64,000 nt of DNA from Sporopachydermia quercuum (lineage: Eukaryota). Below, one piece after another: positions 1-11,763 of this stretch; positions within the stretch are counted from its first letter, which is position 1, and every line of letters begins with the position of its first letter. The stretch is from NCBI GenBank assembly GCA_001599295.1, contig BCGN01000006.1, positions 1 through 64,000 of the forward strand. Reading direction: 5' to 3'. The notes under the pieces are model-generated. The model was not told the DNA's origin. It saw nothing but the letters and a program-made list of their open reading frames with translations, and ran no database searches. A program made the translations under genes and the position numbers.

Positions 1-95
1 CCCAACTACCTCCCAACTACCTCCCAACTACCTCCCAACTACCTCCCAACTACCTCCCAACTACCTCCCAACTACCTCCCAACTACCTCCCAACT
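1..95. repeat. Telomeric tandem array, unit CCCAACTACCT (G-strand AGGTAGTTGGG), 8 full copies plus 7 bp
   Basis: Perfect 11-bp repeats run from base 1. The C-rich strand is at the 5' end, as expected for a left chromosome end. Confidence 0.9.
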
Positions 96-813
96 GAATA
101 AATAATATAATAGGCTGTGTTTTTCNATCGAATTTATAAAGTCATGTGAGTCTTCGATCGCAGATGGAAAAAAAGCGGAAATAGAAGCCTAAAACGGAAA
201 CAGACCAACTACCCCCTGATATAGGATGTCCGGTAGATCTTGCGCACAAAAACCTGCCCCCCAGTAAGTGACCCACCTAGTGCCCCTGAAGCGACTCACT
301 GGCTCTAGTGCTTTCGCCTGTGGCTCAAGCTTAAGATACTTCTACCTAATTTAATATCTATCTATGCCTTCAAGAACACGTANCCTTCCAATATAATTCA
401 TCCTTTCTTCATATAGTCACAGTACCAAGATGTTAATATAATTATTGAACCTGAATAGTAGCTCCCGCAATACTGATGAGCACTGTATAAATAGTATATG
501 AAGGCCAAGAATAGATTCACTTGGCAGTCCATTTACTACAATAAATCTAATCATTTGGCTACCCCTTTTTCAAACGCTTTTACTCATCTCAATTATTTGT
601 TTTACCCTACCTTATTTTGCAGATCTATGAAATTAAGAAGATTGCCATTTTAATTCAGCCTTGCTCGTGATTTTATACTCATCAGATAAACGTTTACAAA
701 TAGTATCGGATATATCAGATGCTTTGGTTTGTTCTATCAATTGACCTGCAACTATGAAAACTTCATAAAGCGGCCGTTATTGAGGCTCAATATTTGTTAT
801 TCTAATTGTAAAC

Positions 814-3258
814 ATGGCAGGACAAACCATTTTCAATGGATTGAATCCTGCGGATTTTGTTTCATCTAATCCAATACCACTGTTTTGTATTCAGGCAATC
901 ATAGTTCTTCTACTATGTAAAATCATCCATTGGCCTCTCTCATNCCTAAGAGAGCCTTCTGTTATTGCAGAAGTGATTGCTGGTATTATTCTTGGCCCAA
1001 CTGTTATGGGTCATATCCCTAATTTCACCGAAACTATCTTCCCAGCGGACTCCCTTCCACCATTAAATTTAGTTGCCAATGTTGGACTAATCTTATTTTT
1101 ATTCATTGTTGGCATGGAAGTAGATGTTGGAATAGTTAAGCGGAACCTTCGAACTGCTATGTCAGTTAGTGCTGTTGGCATGATTTTACCTTTCGCTCTT
1201 GGTTGTGCTTTGGCATATGGTTTATATCACCAGTTTGTTGATCAGTCTCAAAGTTATGGGATTTTCACTTTATTTGTTGGTGTTGCTATGTCAATTACTG
1301 CTTTACCTGTTCTTGCACGTATATTGTCTGAATTACAATTACTTCGTAAGCCAGTTGGAAGTATCGCTATATCAGCTGCTGTTGGTGATGATGTAGCAGG
1401 TTGGACACTTCTTGCTCTAACTATTGCTCTCGTAAATGCAAGTGGAGGTTTGGTTTTGTTGTACATTATCCTTTGCGCAATTGCTTGGGCTCTGCTACTT
1501 ATACTTGCTGTTAGACCTATTTATCGTCGAACGGTAATTGCTGTTGATGGAACCTTTCAAGATGCTTCGATTACTATGACTTCTATAACCATTATTATGG
1601 TTCTTATTTCCTCTTTTTTCACTGAAGTTATTGGAGTTCACCCTATATTTGGTGCTTTCCTTGTAGGCATTATTATGCCACGAGACGGTGGATATACTAT
1701 TCAAATGACTAGAAAAGTTGAAGATATAGTGGCTGTTTTGTTTCTACCTTTATATTTTTCTCTTTCGGGGCTGAAAACCAATATTGGTTTACTAAATAGT
1801 GGAATTATATGGGGTTATGTCATTGCAATCATTGTTGTTGCATTTGCTGGTAAGACGATAGGATGCACAATAGTTACACGACTTAATCATAATGATTGGC
1901 GCACGTCAATTACGGTCGGGGTTTTGATGTCCTGTAAAGGATTGGTGGAAATAGTTGTTCTTAATCTTGGCCTTCAATCAGGAATTATTGATCAGGTTCT
2001 TTTCTCCATGTTTGTTGTTATGGCTCTTGTTACAACTTTCATAACAACTCCATTAACTATGTGGATCTACCCTGGATCACTTTCAATAAAGAGCAATTAT
2101 ACCAATGACAACGTGAGTATAGCGGGAGCTTCTGTAGCAACGGAACTGTCAGCACGAGATACTAAAAGGTCAATTACTGTCGCATTAAGATATGAGGATA
2201 TGTCCGGAATCTTTGCTCTTTTACAACTAATTTGCTCATCTGTAAAGGCAGATCATGATGCAGACTCAAAATCACGTTCTGAAGTTTTTGTACATGGAAT
2301 TCATATAGTCAGAAATAATGATCGATTCTCCACATTGATAATGGGGTCTGGTCATAATGTACCGTACGATCCTATTCTCACGTTTCTGAAGGTCTTTGCA
2401 CGTACGAATAACTTATCAGCAACGGGAGAAAGTATAATAGTAAAGGACGAACAAATAATTGACTTATTTAATAGTGATCGGCTTGGATTTTCTACAGATT
2501 TAATCGTTCTGCCGTGGTCTACAGGGTCTGCTTATTATCTTCTTTCAGACTCTAGCTCAAATGCTTACAGCTCAATGATACGACGTATGATTCAATTAAA
2601 TAACCATAAAATGGCTCTACTTGTGGATCATGGATTTTTCAATGACGAAGAATCATCAGATAACTCTGGAAGTATCATAACTGCTGATATTAGCTATAAA
2701 AGCTTTACAGTCAGATCTTCTAGTTACTTTTCTTATCATATAACTTTCATTTATACTGGTCTGGAAAGTGAGAAATTTGCATTGGAAGTATTTCTAGACA
2801 TGGTCAACAGTGAGAATGCTCAAGCTATTGTAATTGACGCTTCAGATAATGATTCTCTTGGCGCTGATAATTTAGCTGCTTCTAGCCATTCAACAAAACC
2901 CTCAAGGACTATGCAATTGCTTAAACAGAACAAGAAGCATAAGAAGGACCAATCATTAAAATCACTGTTGAGCTATCTCAACATTACAGTATCTGGAGAG
3001 ATCTTACCGTCAGTAAAATACGTACCATCAAACTGTCAAACCATGGATGATATATTAGACGTATTAGAGAGTACAGCTAGTTTTACTAAAGGTGATTTGG
3101 TAGTTGCTAGTAGAATTACAAAATTCACAACTNATAAACAAGTCAATCGTGAAAATGCAGCCTTCTGTCTTGGTGACCTTGGTTCTCATATACTTGCGCA
3201 ACGATCTACCATCAGTTTATTATCAATTTCTGTTCCCACTGTTGATGATTCCAAATGA
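814..3258 (+). CDS. KHA1: K+/H+ antiporter (CPA2 family)
   Basis: 814 aa. Hydrophobic N-terminal ~420 aa with EVIAGIILGPT, SITALPVLARIL, DDVAGW and KGLVEIVVLN, followed by a soluble C-terminal tail. Confidence 0.92.
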   Translation: MAGQTIFNGLNPADFVSSNPIPLFCIQAIIVLLLCKIIHWPLSXLREPSVIAEVIAGIILGPTVMGHIPNFTETIFPADSLPPLNLVANVGLILFLFIVGMEVDVGIVKRNLRTAMSVSAVGMILPFALGCALAYGLYHQFVDQSQSYGIFTLFVGVAMSITALPVLARILSELQLLRKPVGSIAISAAVGDDVAGWTLLALTIALVNASGGLVLLYIILCAIAWALLLILAVRPIYRRTVIAVDGTFQDASITMTSITIIMVLISSFFTEVIGVHPIFGAFLVGIIMPRDGGYTIQMTRKVEDIVAVLFLPLYFSLSGLKTNIGLLNSGIIWGYVIAIIVVAFAGKTIGCTIVTRLNHNDWRTSITVGVLMSCKGLVEIVVLNLGLQSGIIDQVLFSMFVVMALVTTFITTPLTMWIYPGSLSIKSNYTNDNVSIAGASVATELSARDTKRSITVALRYEDMSGIFALLQLICSSVKADHDADSKSRSEVFVHGIHIVRNNDRFSTLIMGSGHNVPYDPILTFLKVFARTNNLSATGESIIVKDEQIIDLFNSDRLGFSTDLIVLPWSTGSAYYLLSDSSSNAYSSMIRRMIQLNNHKMALLVDHGFFNDEESSDNSGSIITADISYKSFTVRSSSYFSYHITFIYTGLESEKFALEVFLDMVNSENAQAIVIDASDNDSLGADNLAASSHSTKPSRTMQLLKQNKKHKKDQSLKSLLSYLNITVSGEILPSVKYVPSNCQTMDDILDVLESTASFTKGDLVVASRITKFTTXKQVNRENAAFCLGDLGSHILAQRSTISLLSISVPTVDDSK

Positions 3259-4013
3259 TTAACCAGTTTCTTTTCAAAACAATTCAGATCGATTGAAGAA
3301 ATAAGTGTTCAGAAGAACAAGCAGCCAGAATTCAGTTTTAAATATCCATAGTAAAGTATAGTTATTCCACGAAGCTTGCTGGATAATTATACTTTTAGTT
3401 GCACAGCCTGTCGTATTCTCACCTAAACTAGAGACTCAGAGAAGCATAGTTGATTAATACAGAAGACAAATTTGCAANTACCTAGCTATTCGTCTCCTGC
3501 AACACTCGGAATTACGAATTAAATACCATATGTCATGACTGAAGTCATGTTACAATATATACGGGATCTAGTTTCTGTACNCGGGGAGAAAAATAACTCT
3601 CCTCGAGGGCTATCTTTTTACTCACTTAAAGTAATAACCAAATTTACTGGTGAAAGGAGGGAAAAAATATCACATAAGAGTAGCTTAATCTGTCAGTATC
3701 TTTCTGCGTTTTCTCTTTCGGATTCGATATTTGACATGTGACATATCTAAAGAGCCCAATAAATTTCCACGGGAGTTTTTAAATAAAGATACGCATGTCA
3801 TAACAATTTCTTTCAACCTTTGTTGATAATATAGACACTTTCGTTAGTATCGGATCCTGAGTTTCAAAGTAAGGGTGGTAACAAATGCGTAAGATAATAG
3901 GTGCAACATTGAAAGATTGTCTGATCTTGAGAAAAGCTAATGAGCATAAACTATCTAATTGAGTTTTCAAATCATTAATATCAAGTAGTAGTCAGTTCCT
4001 TTGTTTTCAGACT

Positions 4014-5747
4014 TGTTTCAAAAAATTGTGTTTCATATTACCCTTTTGATCTATTTGATGTCTCCTATTTAAGAGTACCAAAGAAATAACTTGATAAATT
4101 CTATTGGCTTAGCCATTATACCGTCTGTCAAAATTATTCTTCTCGTTCGATTAAATTAGCATTTACCTGTTTTGTCATTAATTACTTTCATATGGCAAAT
4201 ATAATGGTTATTCTCCAGTTGTTTACACTAGTACAGAGAACTAACGCAGATGCATCATTAGGATAACTAAAGTCGGCATTCAAAAAATTAGAATTATGAT
4301 TACTTTTCTAATTTTTTTGTTTTATTTTGTTGAATAATAAGCAGTAGATAAGGTTCTGCACATATCCCGATAAGAGTCGCATCATAACCCTCTTAGTTAA
4401 GTGTCAGCTTGAAAACTTTGCTGAGTGTATCCCACGGCAGAAGCAATTGAAAATAATACCCCAACTCGGATCCTTGTTCCTTAGTCCCATCAATGCTAGT
4501 TGTGTTTGACGGCAATGATCGAACAATCAAACAAAAGTTTCTTTTCGCTTCCTCAAAAGATTTTTTAATTAGCAACCAGAACTTTTCACTGTCAAATAAA
4601 TAGTTTCCGACAATGAATCCTTTTGGTTCTGATTTTTATCTTCCACAATATCAGTACCTAAACAGGAGATGAATAGCTTCTGAACTCTTTACAGTTTCAT
4701 AATTTCCAAGTTTCCTCTAATTCTATTCACTTGGTTGCTTACCATCTTTAATTTTATCTTGATGACTTACAATGTTGCTCCTTCTCTCTCCTTTGAAAAG
4801 CATAGCCGTTCACTTTCTCTAATTAATCAATAGTATCAACCTACACTTTTTGATCTGGGAACTTATAAATACGATTGTTTTAAAAACGCCGGTAATGGTC
4901 AACCGCAGGCTAAAAGTTGAACTTTATTTAGAATTATCACTAAAGTAAATTATTCGTAATAAATTTGTTGAGTGAAGTTTTCATTGTTTGAAAATATAGT
5001 ACGATATGGTAATATCTTTATAATACTGATGTGATTACGGTTAATAAACTGAATCTAAGACAGAAGATGCTTGAACTTTCTGGCATAACTTAGATCACCT
5101 GCTGTTTCAATTTATGTATAGTATTATACTAAAAGGATGATAATCGATGAACAACCTAACCTCTCACTATGGGGTCCTAACAACCAACCATGGAAGCTTA
5201 ATCCATATGTGCTTTTTAATCTCAATTTCGATATTCGCTCTCCTCCGACACCTTCAGACAATTGTAGCAATGCTTCTCCCTAATCACTATTAACAAAACC
5301 ACCCATCCAAAATTCAATGTATTCCCCATCGTTCATTATCCTGCTCATTGCCATCTCCTAATCAGTTATAACTGCTTGTATGCATCTCCACATAAACTAA
5401 AAATTGTTTCAAAACCAAAAAGGTTGGCTCTTCAAGTCAAATAGGTTTAAATAAGTTCTACTAGCTAAAGAAATGTAAACTAGTTAACATCTACACTAAT
5501 CGATGAGCTAAAAATTTAGTGTATATTAACACAAGCTAGGGAGGAGAAATAATAGTACCAATTAGAAATAGAAACTTTGTTATAAGCTAAACCGATATAG
5601 AATTGATGTTTCAAAGTTTCAAAGTATTCGAAGCGACAGAGTAGCAGTTAAACGGTACATGGTGTCCTCTGGTCTGAAATAAAAAAAAAATTAATAAAAA
5701 TAAAAAAGGAGATTCATTGAGTTACTTCACTTTTTTCTTTTGTTTCA
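4014..5747. promoter_or_regulatory. Cluster of pheromone response elements (TGTTTCA, reverse of TGAAACA) upstream of STE12
   Basis: Exact TGTTTCA at 4014, 4029, 5103, 5405, 5607 and 5741, plus a near match AGTTTCA at 5615. Confidence 0.65.
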
Positions 5748-6031
5748 TTATCACTTACTCTCAAACTTGAGAGACAGAACTTGAATTGTGTGAATGAAAG
5801 GTGATTGTGTATTTGGAAGAGTATGAGTTGATGTACTAGGGAACGAAGAAAAGAGTCAAAGATAAGTAAAGATAAATTTAGAGAGAGGATATGCAATTTG
5901 TGAATCAAAAATCAGGAAAAGAAAGGAAACAATTTTAGAGAGATAGCTGACTTTACTCTTTTACTCAGCTTGATATACATTAACGAATAACAAATAGGAT
6001 ACACCAACGCGACGCGTTATAGGTAACCGAG

Positions 6032-8002
6032 ATGTCCTTACTGGAGAACATATCAGAAGACAAGTTGAATACATTAGAAATATCATCACAAACTTCAAGT
6101 ATGTCAGGGGGAATATCAGCATCAACATCAACATCAACATCAGACACCTTGGCAGATCTTTCTAATAACATCATCAACAATGTCTCTAAAGACAAACATA
6201 ATGCCCTGGGTCAAGATATTCTCGACCAAACCCCAAGCATTTCACAAGAACAACGAGAAATAGATGCAGAAGTTGAAGCATCGTTGAAACTCATCGATGA
6301 CCTGAAATTTTTTTTAGCAACAGCACCAGTTAACTGGCAAGAAAATCAAATCATCCGAAGGTACTATCTTGAACACGATGAAGGATTCATTTCATGTGTG
6401 TACTGGAATAATTTATATTTTATTACTGGAACAGATATAGTTCGAGGTTTGGTTTATAGATTTGAGAAGTTTGGTAGAGAAATAATTGACAGAAAAAAAT
6501 TTGAAGAAGGAGTGTTTTCAGATTTGAGGATGTTGAAAACAAACGTTGAAGCAGTTCTTGAAGAACCAAAGTCCGAATTTCTGGAATTCCTCTACAAGAA
6601 CAGCTGTCTTAGAACCCAGAAGAAACAAAAGGTATTTTTTTGGTTCAGTGTTCCTCATGATAGATTATTTGCAGATGCCCTAGAAAGAGACTTGAAAAAG
6701 GAGCATCAAGGCCAAAAACCATCAAGCATTGCTCAACGTGAGCCTGCATTATCATTCAAATACGATGACTCCAAATCACTATTTGATGAATTACTGAGTA
6801 AATTACAATCCAAAACCTCAATGATTGATACTGCTACATTATTGAAATCAGCAGATGATACACAACATACTCTCAGTGAACAAAATTTGCAACTTCAAAC
6901 TGAACTGGGACGCTCATTCCAGAATGACCCTTTGAATGTTATCTATACAAATGGTAACAAGTCAGGTAATAAATCCAATGGTGTTGGGGATGCTAGCATG
7001 AAGGCTGCAACTATAACAACACTCAATGAAGTTGGTAGAAATGGAAGTACCTTTAATGCCTCAATATCTACAAACCCTTCGAACAAATTGCAAAATATAG
7101 CAAGAAATAAATTCTTACCAGAAACAACTCCAGGATCTGATTTTCCCTTAGACTATGTTGAGAATGATGTTCCATATGATACTGTTCGCCTTTCTGGTCC
7201 TCAAGATTATCGTTATGATGATATAGGACCCTATGGAAGGGATGACTATGGTGTTCCAGTGAATGATTACAATTATAATCCATTGTCAAGACATTATGAT
7301 ATTAATGGCTATTATGATAGCTATCATCATCAGGATCCAATGTATGATTATGACCCTTATGAAGACTACGATTATGGAAATTATGATATGCTTCCTGGTG
7401 AAATGAACTACTATGACAATAATGAGGATGATCTTGAGTTTGATGACATGTACCCTATTCATTTGAATCCTAACCCTGTGATTCATTCTTATTACAATTC
7501 CGACTACGCAAGCGGCAGTAAGAATTATATTTCAAAAGGGTCAGGTATGAGAAGGCAGTACAAATACCCAGTCAATGAATCAAGTATATCTTTATCACCA
7601 CATGAAACAACGATAGATTACCCCAATAGACAAGATTATAATCAAAATAGTTTGAATGACGACTTCGTATCATCTAGAAAAAGACTACGGTTTTCTGGAA
7701 CACATGAGCAGATATTTGAAGCAGAGCAAAATTATCAAGATTTGATGTTTGAAACAAACAGTTGGGCAATAGATGACTACGCCACCGAGAACCCAGCAAG
7801 AAGGAAAAGAAAATTAGATATTGCTGGTAGAGATTCAATAGAAGATGATGATTCTTTCTCTAAGATTATAAGTGACCATGCGGTGAAGTCTGAAACCGTT
7901 GACATAAGAAGCCAAGATTACAATGTTAACGATAAAAATAGAGATAATGGTACCAAAACAACAACTAGAACTCTAGGGGCTTTTGTAGTTACTGAACGTT
8001 GA
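6032..8002 (+). CDS. STE12: Ste12/Cph1 transcription factor
   Basis: STE domain (LKFFLATAPVNW, FITGTDIVR, KFEEGVFSDLR, RTQKKQKVFFWFSVPHDRLF) and a DFPLDY motif. No C2H2 fingers, as in budding yeasts. Confidence 0.96.
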   Translation: MSLLENISEDKLNTLEISSQTSSMSGGISASTSTSTSDTLADLSNNIINNVSKDKHNALGQDILDQTPSISQEQREIDAEVEASLKLIDDLKFFLATAPVNWQENQIIRRYYLEHDEGFISCVYWNNLYFITGTDIVRGLVYRFEKFGREIIDRKKFEEGVFSDLRMLKTNVEAVLEEPKSEFLEFLYKNSCLRTQKKQKVFFWFSVPHDRLFADALERDLKKEHQGQKPSSIAQREPALSFKYDDSKSLFDELLSKLQSKTSMIDTATLLKSADDTQHTLSEQNLQLQTELGRSFQNDPLNVIYTNGNKSGNKSNGVGDASMKAATITTLNEVGRNGSTFNASISTNPSNKLQNIARNKFLPETTPGSDFPLDYVENDVPYDTVRLSGPQDYRYDDIGPYGRDDYGVPVNDYNYNPLSRHYDINGYYDSYHHQDPMYDYDPYEDYDYGNYDMLPGEMNYYDNNEDDLEFDDMYPIHLNPNPVIHSYYNSDYASGSKNYISKGSGMRRQYKYPVNESSISLSPHETTIDYPNRQDYNQNSLNDDFVSSRKRLRFSGTHEQIFEAEQNYQDLMFETNSWAIDDYATENPARRKRKLDIAGRDSIEDDDSFSKIISDHAVKSETVDIRSQDYNVNDKNRDNGTKTTTRTLGAFVVTER

Positions 8003-11000
8003 ATCCTTTCTTTCTAAAATTTTTATTTATAAACTTATACTTAATCGTATATTTGGGATTTTTAGCGGCTTGGATCAGGTTGGTGTATAATAATGTGTGT
8101 ATATCAGTGGTTTGTGACTTTTTGGTTANAAATGAAGTGTGTAATTTTTAGATCGGGTTAATTGACTTTCTACCATTACTGTTTATTACCTTCTTGGTTT
8201 GATTGATAATAGTAATTGAGTTAAGATGTAATGGTATATTGCATTACATGTTTTTGTAGGTATTGGCAACAATCCTGCAAGTCATTTGTATCGATAAACA
8301 GATCAACAAATTTGGTGCTGGAAAGCAGGTAAGTATGTTTCTAAGTAAGATTTAACGAAGGCTAAATTACTATTCCGGAATAGGAATTTCAGTTTGTGTA
8401 AACAATTTGGCAGACATACAAGATTGTCCCGATATAAATCTGATTTTCATCATCTCATGATGTCAGGATAAATTTTTTGTTGTAGGAAAGCGAGAAAACT
8501 CCCTCATTAATAATTTAAAATAATTTTAAAAAAGATAATCAGCAATATGAATGGGATCAGATAATTATTTTATCTTTCATTTGCAATAAATACTGTTATG
8601 TAGTGGAAGTATATAGGTTTAAGGGGATGATACTACTATATGAGAATTTACGAAGTAGAGATCTTGTCCGATAAAATCAATTGTCTGAACAATCTTTGTC
8701 CGACAACATAATGTCAGAATCATCAAATCATCAAATCATCAATACAATTGAGATTTGAAATTATAATTCTTACAGTGAAACTTTAAAAGAGAAAGGCTTG
8801 TACAGGCATCGAAAGAGTACGACTCTTCAATTATGTTTCAGCAGATTAGCAATAAGACGTTCTTTATGTTCTGTGATAAGGAAGAAAATCCTGACTCTAG
8901 GTATTTCACGTCTGCTGCACCCCTCTGGCTTTTTCTATTTATCGAATTTGCTACACTTAGCTAAAGTTTGATGAAATATCAGTAATCAGCCAAGTCTTTC
9001 CATTTGACTTATTCATGTTAAGTGAATAGATTTTCTTTTTCAAGACAAAGAAACATGTTTTTTGAACAATTGTCTCCAAAGAATGCAACGCTTTTTTACA
9101 ATTATAAGAATACCGGTCAAAGCTATTCTACGATTACCACTATATAGAGAATACAACAAATAGTATCATTTCTGCATCTCCATCGCTCACTGTCTACTAG
9201 CTGATGAATCACTTGGTAGAATTGGATTTAGACCTAGTCCGTTAAAAAGCTTAGTATGCCAATTAAGGAAGCTAGACGCAATTAGACTCCATATCAGTAG
9301 TTTCTTAACTTTATGTTTCTTTCAATCCCTTCGCATATCGAACTATAATCTCAATTCATCGTTTGAAAATAATTGTTGAAACGCTAATCTTCTAGTTCAT
9401 TTTGATGCATTTTGCTTTAGAATGAGATTACTAATATTTAGGTATTCAATAAGAAAACCACAAAATTCTACTCCGGTATCTTTGCAAGTGTCAGTTCTCG
9501 AGCTGTCAATATAGTGTGCTGTCACAATTGTACATTGATAACATACATTCAGGTAGAATATTTGATACGTCACTAATTGGGAGTTAATATCATGTGCATA
9601 TGATGATAATAGAAAGGAAGAACTTGTAGAAGAAGAGCAAGGCCTTCATGTGAATATGAAGACGATTATCAGATCGATGATAATGACACTGTACAAGATA
9701 AAAAAAATAAAAAATATAATGAGAAAAGAAAAGACGTGATTATTTTCTACGTCAATCAAAAGTCTATGTCACTCCACTGAACTCATTATTCAGTAATTCC
9801 TGTTTCCCATCAACCAGGAAGACTAATCGATGCTCATGTTTAATTACCTTCACTAATAATGTTCCTTCTTTGAAAGTTAACGAGGGGATGGATGGCAATG
9901 TGTGGGGTTATAGTTTGAGTAATTAAACTTTCAAGGGACGCTTATTTTAAGAATAAGGGTCTGAGGAAACAAAGCGATGATAGGTGCATAGGGAGAANAG
10001 TCTTCACGGATCATAAATATCTCTTTGCACTATTCATGACTACTAACTTCTCCTCATCACTGAACTGGCTTCAAANATTTTAAAAGTAGGTGGAAATTTC
10101 CCTTTTTTTTCGACTACTAACGACCGCACAAGAGGTGGCTATATACAAATTCAATCTTAATCTGATAGAAGAGTTCTTCAATAGTTGATCCGTTTTTCGC
10201 TAAAATAGTGAATTTCCTAAAGGATATACGGCGATTATATATTTTAGACTTGAAACAATGTTTATAGTTATTGAACTAAACCTAGTTTGCAAACTATGTT
10301 TTTACACTCATATTTTTTTAGCTGAAGGTGTCTACACCAATATTCGCAATTGACTAGATTACTCAGAAGATCTTTAAACTTTAATTTATCAGTCTCAATA
10401 CGGTTAAGCTCGTTTATTGCTTTCTTATTGAACATGAATGCAGAATAGTGTGGGAATAATGGAGATAATAAAACAGTACAGTTGATCAATCTAGCAAATA
10501 AACTAATAATTTCTCATATTTCCATGTTCATTATGTTATTTGAAATCAAATATTAATTGCCGACTCTGTTCATTTCTTACATGCAATATCTGGCAAATTG
10601 ATACTTTTTCTAGTCTCATCCACCTTTCAGTTTTACAAGAATTCATTTCACCATAAGTGCTCTCCTACCTCAACAATAGAAACGTCGTTCACAATATAAA
10701 CTACTAAACGATTAATAATTGATTATGTTCTTTGTCTATGGATTACCATAAATTCGAGCCTCCGGTTGTCCTTGAGAAAAATCTATTTGATCGAATCAAC
10801 CCTTCTCATTATCCTACCCTAGACCCTTAGAATTAGGGTCAATGAGCAATATCAGCACCTCTTCTCACCCATTTCATCAAGATTTCAACGTTATATTAAA
10901 GACTAATATTGTTTTTCCCACACAGAAGCTTAAGATATTATGAATAATCCAAGTTGAGACCTCATATTAAAACATAGAAATTGAGTACTGACACAAGTTT

Positions 11001-11336
11001 TACAGATTTGACTATTAAGGGTAGGTAAAGTTTACCTAATAATATGTGACTCTAATGGTTTGACGTAATCCGCGTTATCCANTCCAACACTTGTTAAGGT
11101 AAGTTTACATTGGATTAATTGTTAAGTCAGTTTTGGACTGGATATACAAATACTATAAACTCATTGCATACTCCAGGAGAGCATTAGGTAATCACCATCC
11201 AAAACCTACAAAATCTAACTAACACGAGAAAGCACCAGTTTAGCTTTCATCTAGTAATATTTATCCTCCCTTTGCTCGTACAAATTCTTCCTTCCACTTA
11301 TATTTACCGTCCAGTCCTTTTACAAGTCTTCCTGAT

Positions 11337-11509
11337 CTCCAATGGTCTATCGGAATATCTCAAAGTGTTCATATTGTTGGTTCGGTTTCACCAGTGAAAG
11401 GATACCTGTGCCCCGCATTATCTCTCCATCCCCTAATATTGGATTGAAAAGTTAATTATAATATTACCCCAGATTGTCAATTAGAATAATTAAATCTCCA
11501 AGTATAAAA
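11337..11509 (+). promoter_or_regulatory. Aldehyde dehydrogenase promoter with Mig1/CreA-like sites, Adr1-like sites and a TATA box
   Basis: CTCCAA at 11337 and 11496, CCCCGCATTAT at 11411, CCCCAG at 11467 and TATAAAA at 11503. Confidence 0.45.
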
Positions 11510-11763
11510 CCCATTTGAATTCCTGTATAGTGTAAATGTGATCAACTATCAGCTCTTTGAATTTATGAATGACTGTCAGTAAAGAAGCTATTTGATCTTT
11601 GCAAGGTTACTCATCGAAAATATCATAATAGTAAGACAAATTAGGATACGGAGGTAGTATTTACTTTGGTGTTACTCTTATTATTAGTATTATAATCACC
11701 TTAATTAATATCAATCAATTAATTGAAATCAAAACTAGATTACAACTACATTTACCATTCATT

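Noticed and set aside
1..95. CRISPR-like or minisatellite reading of the terminal repeat
   Set aside because: There are no spacers, the context is eukaryotic, and position and strand bias fit a telomere.
8260..8328. 69-nt open segment between TAG and GTAAGT as an extra STE12 exon
   Set aside because: There is no good branch point or upstream donor, and the peptide is not recognisable.
11650..11658. GGAGGTAGT, a 9-bp telomere-like match upstream of the aldehyde dehydrogenase
   Set aside because: A single short match is plausible by chance in 64 kb.
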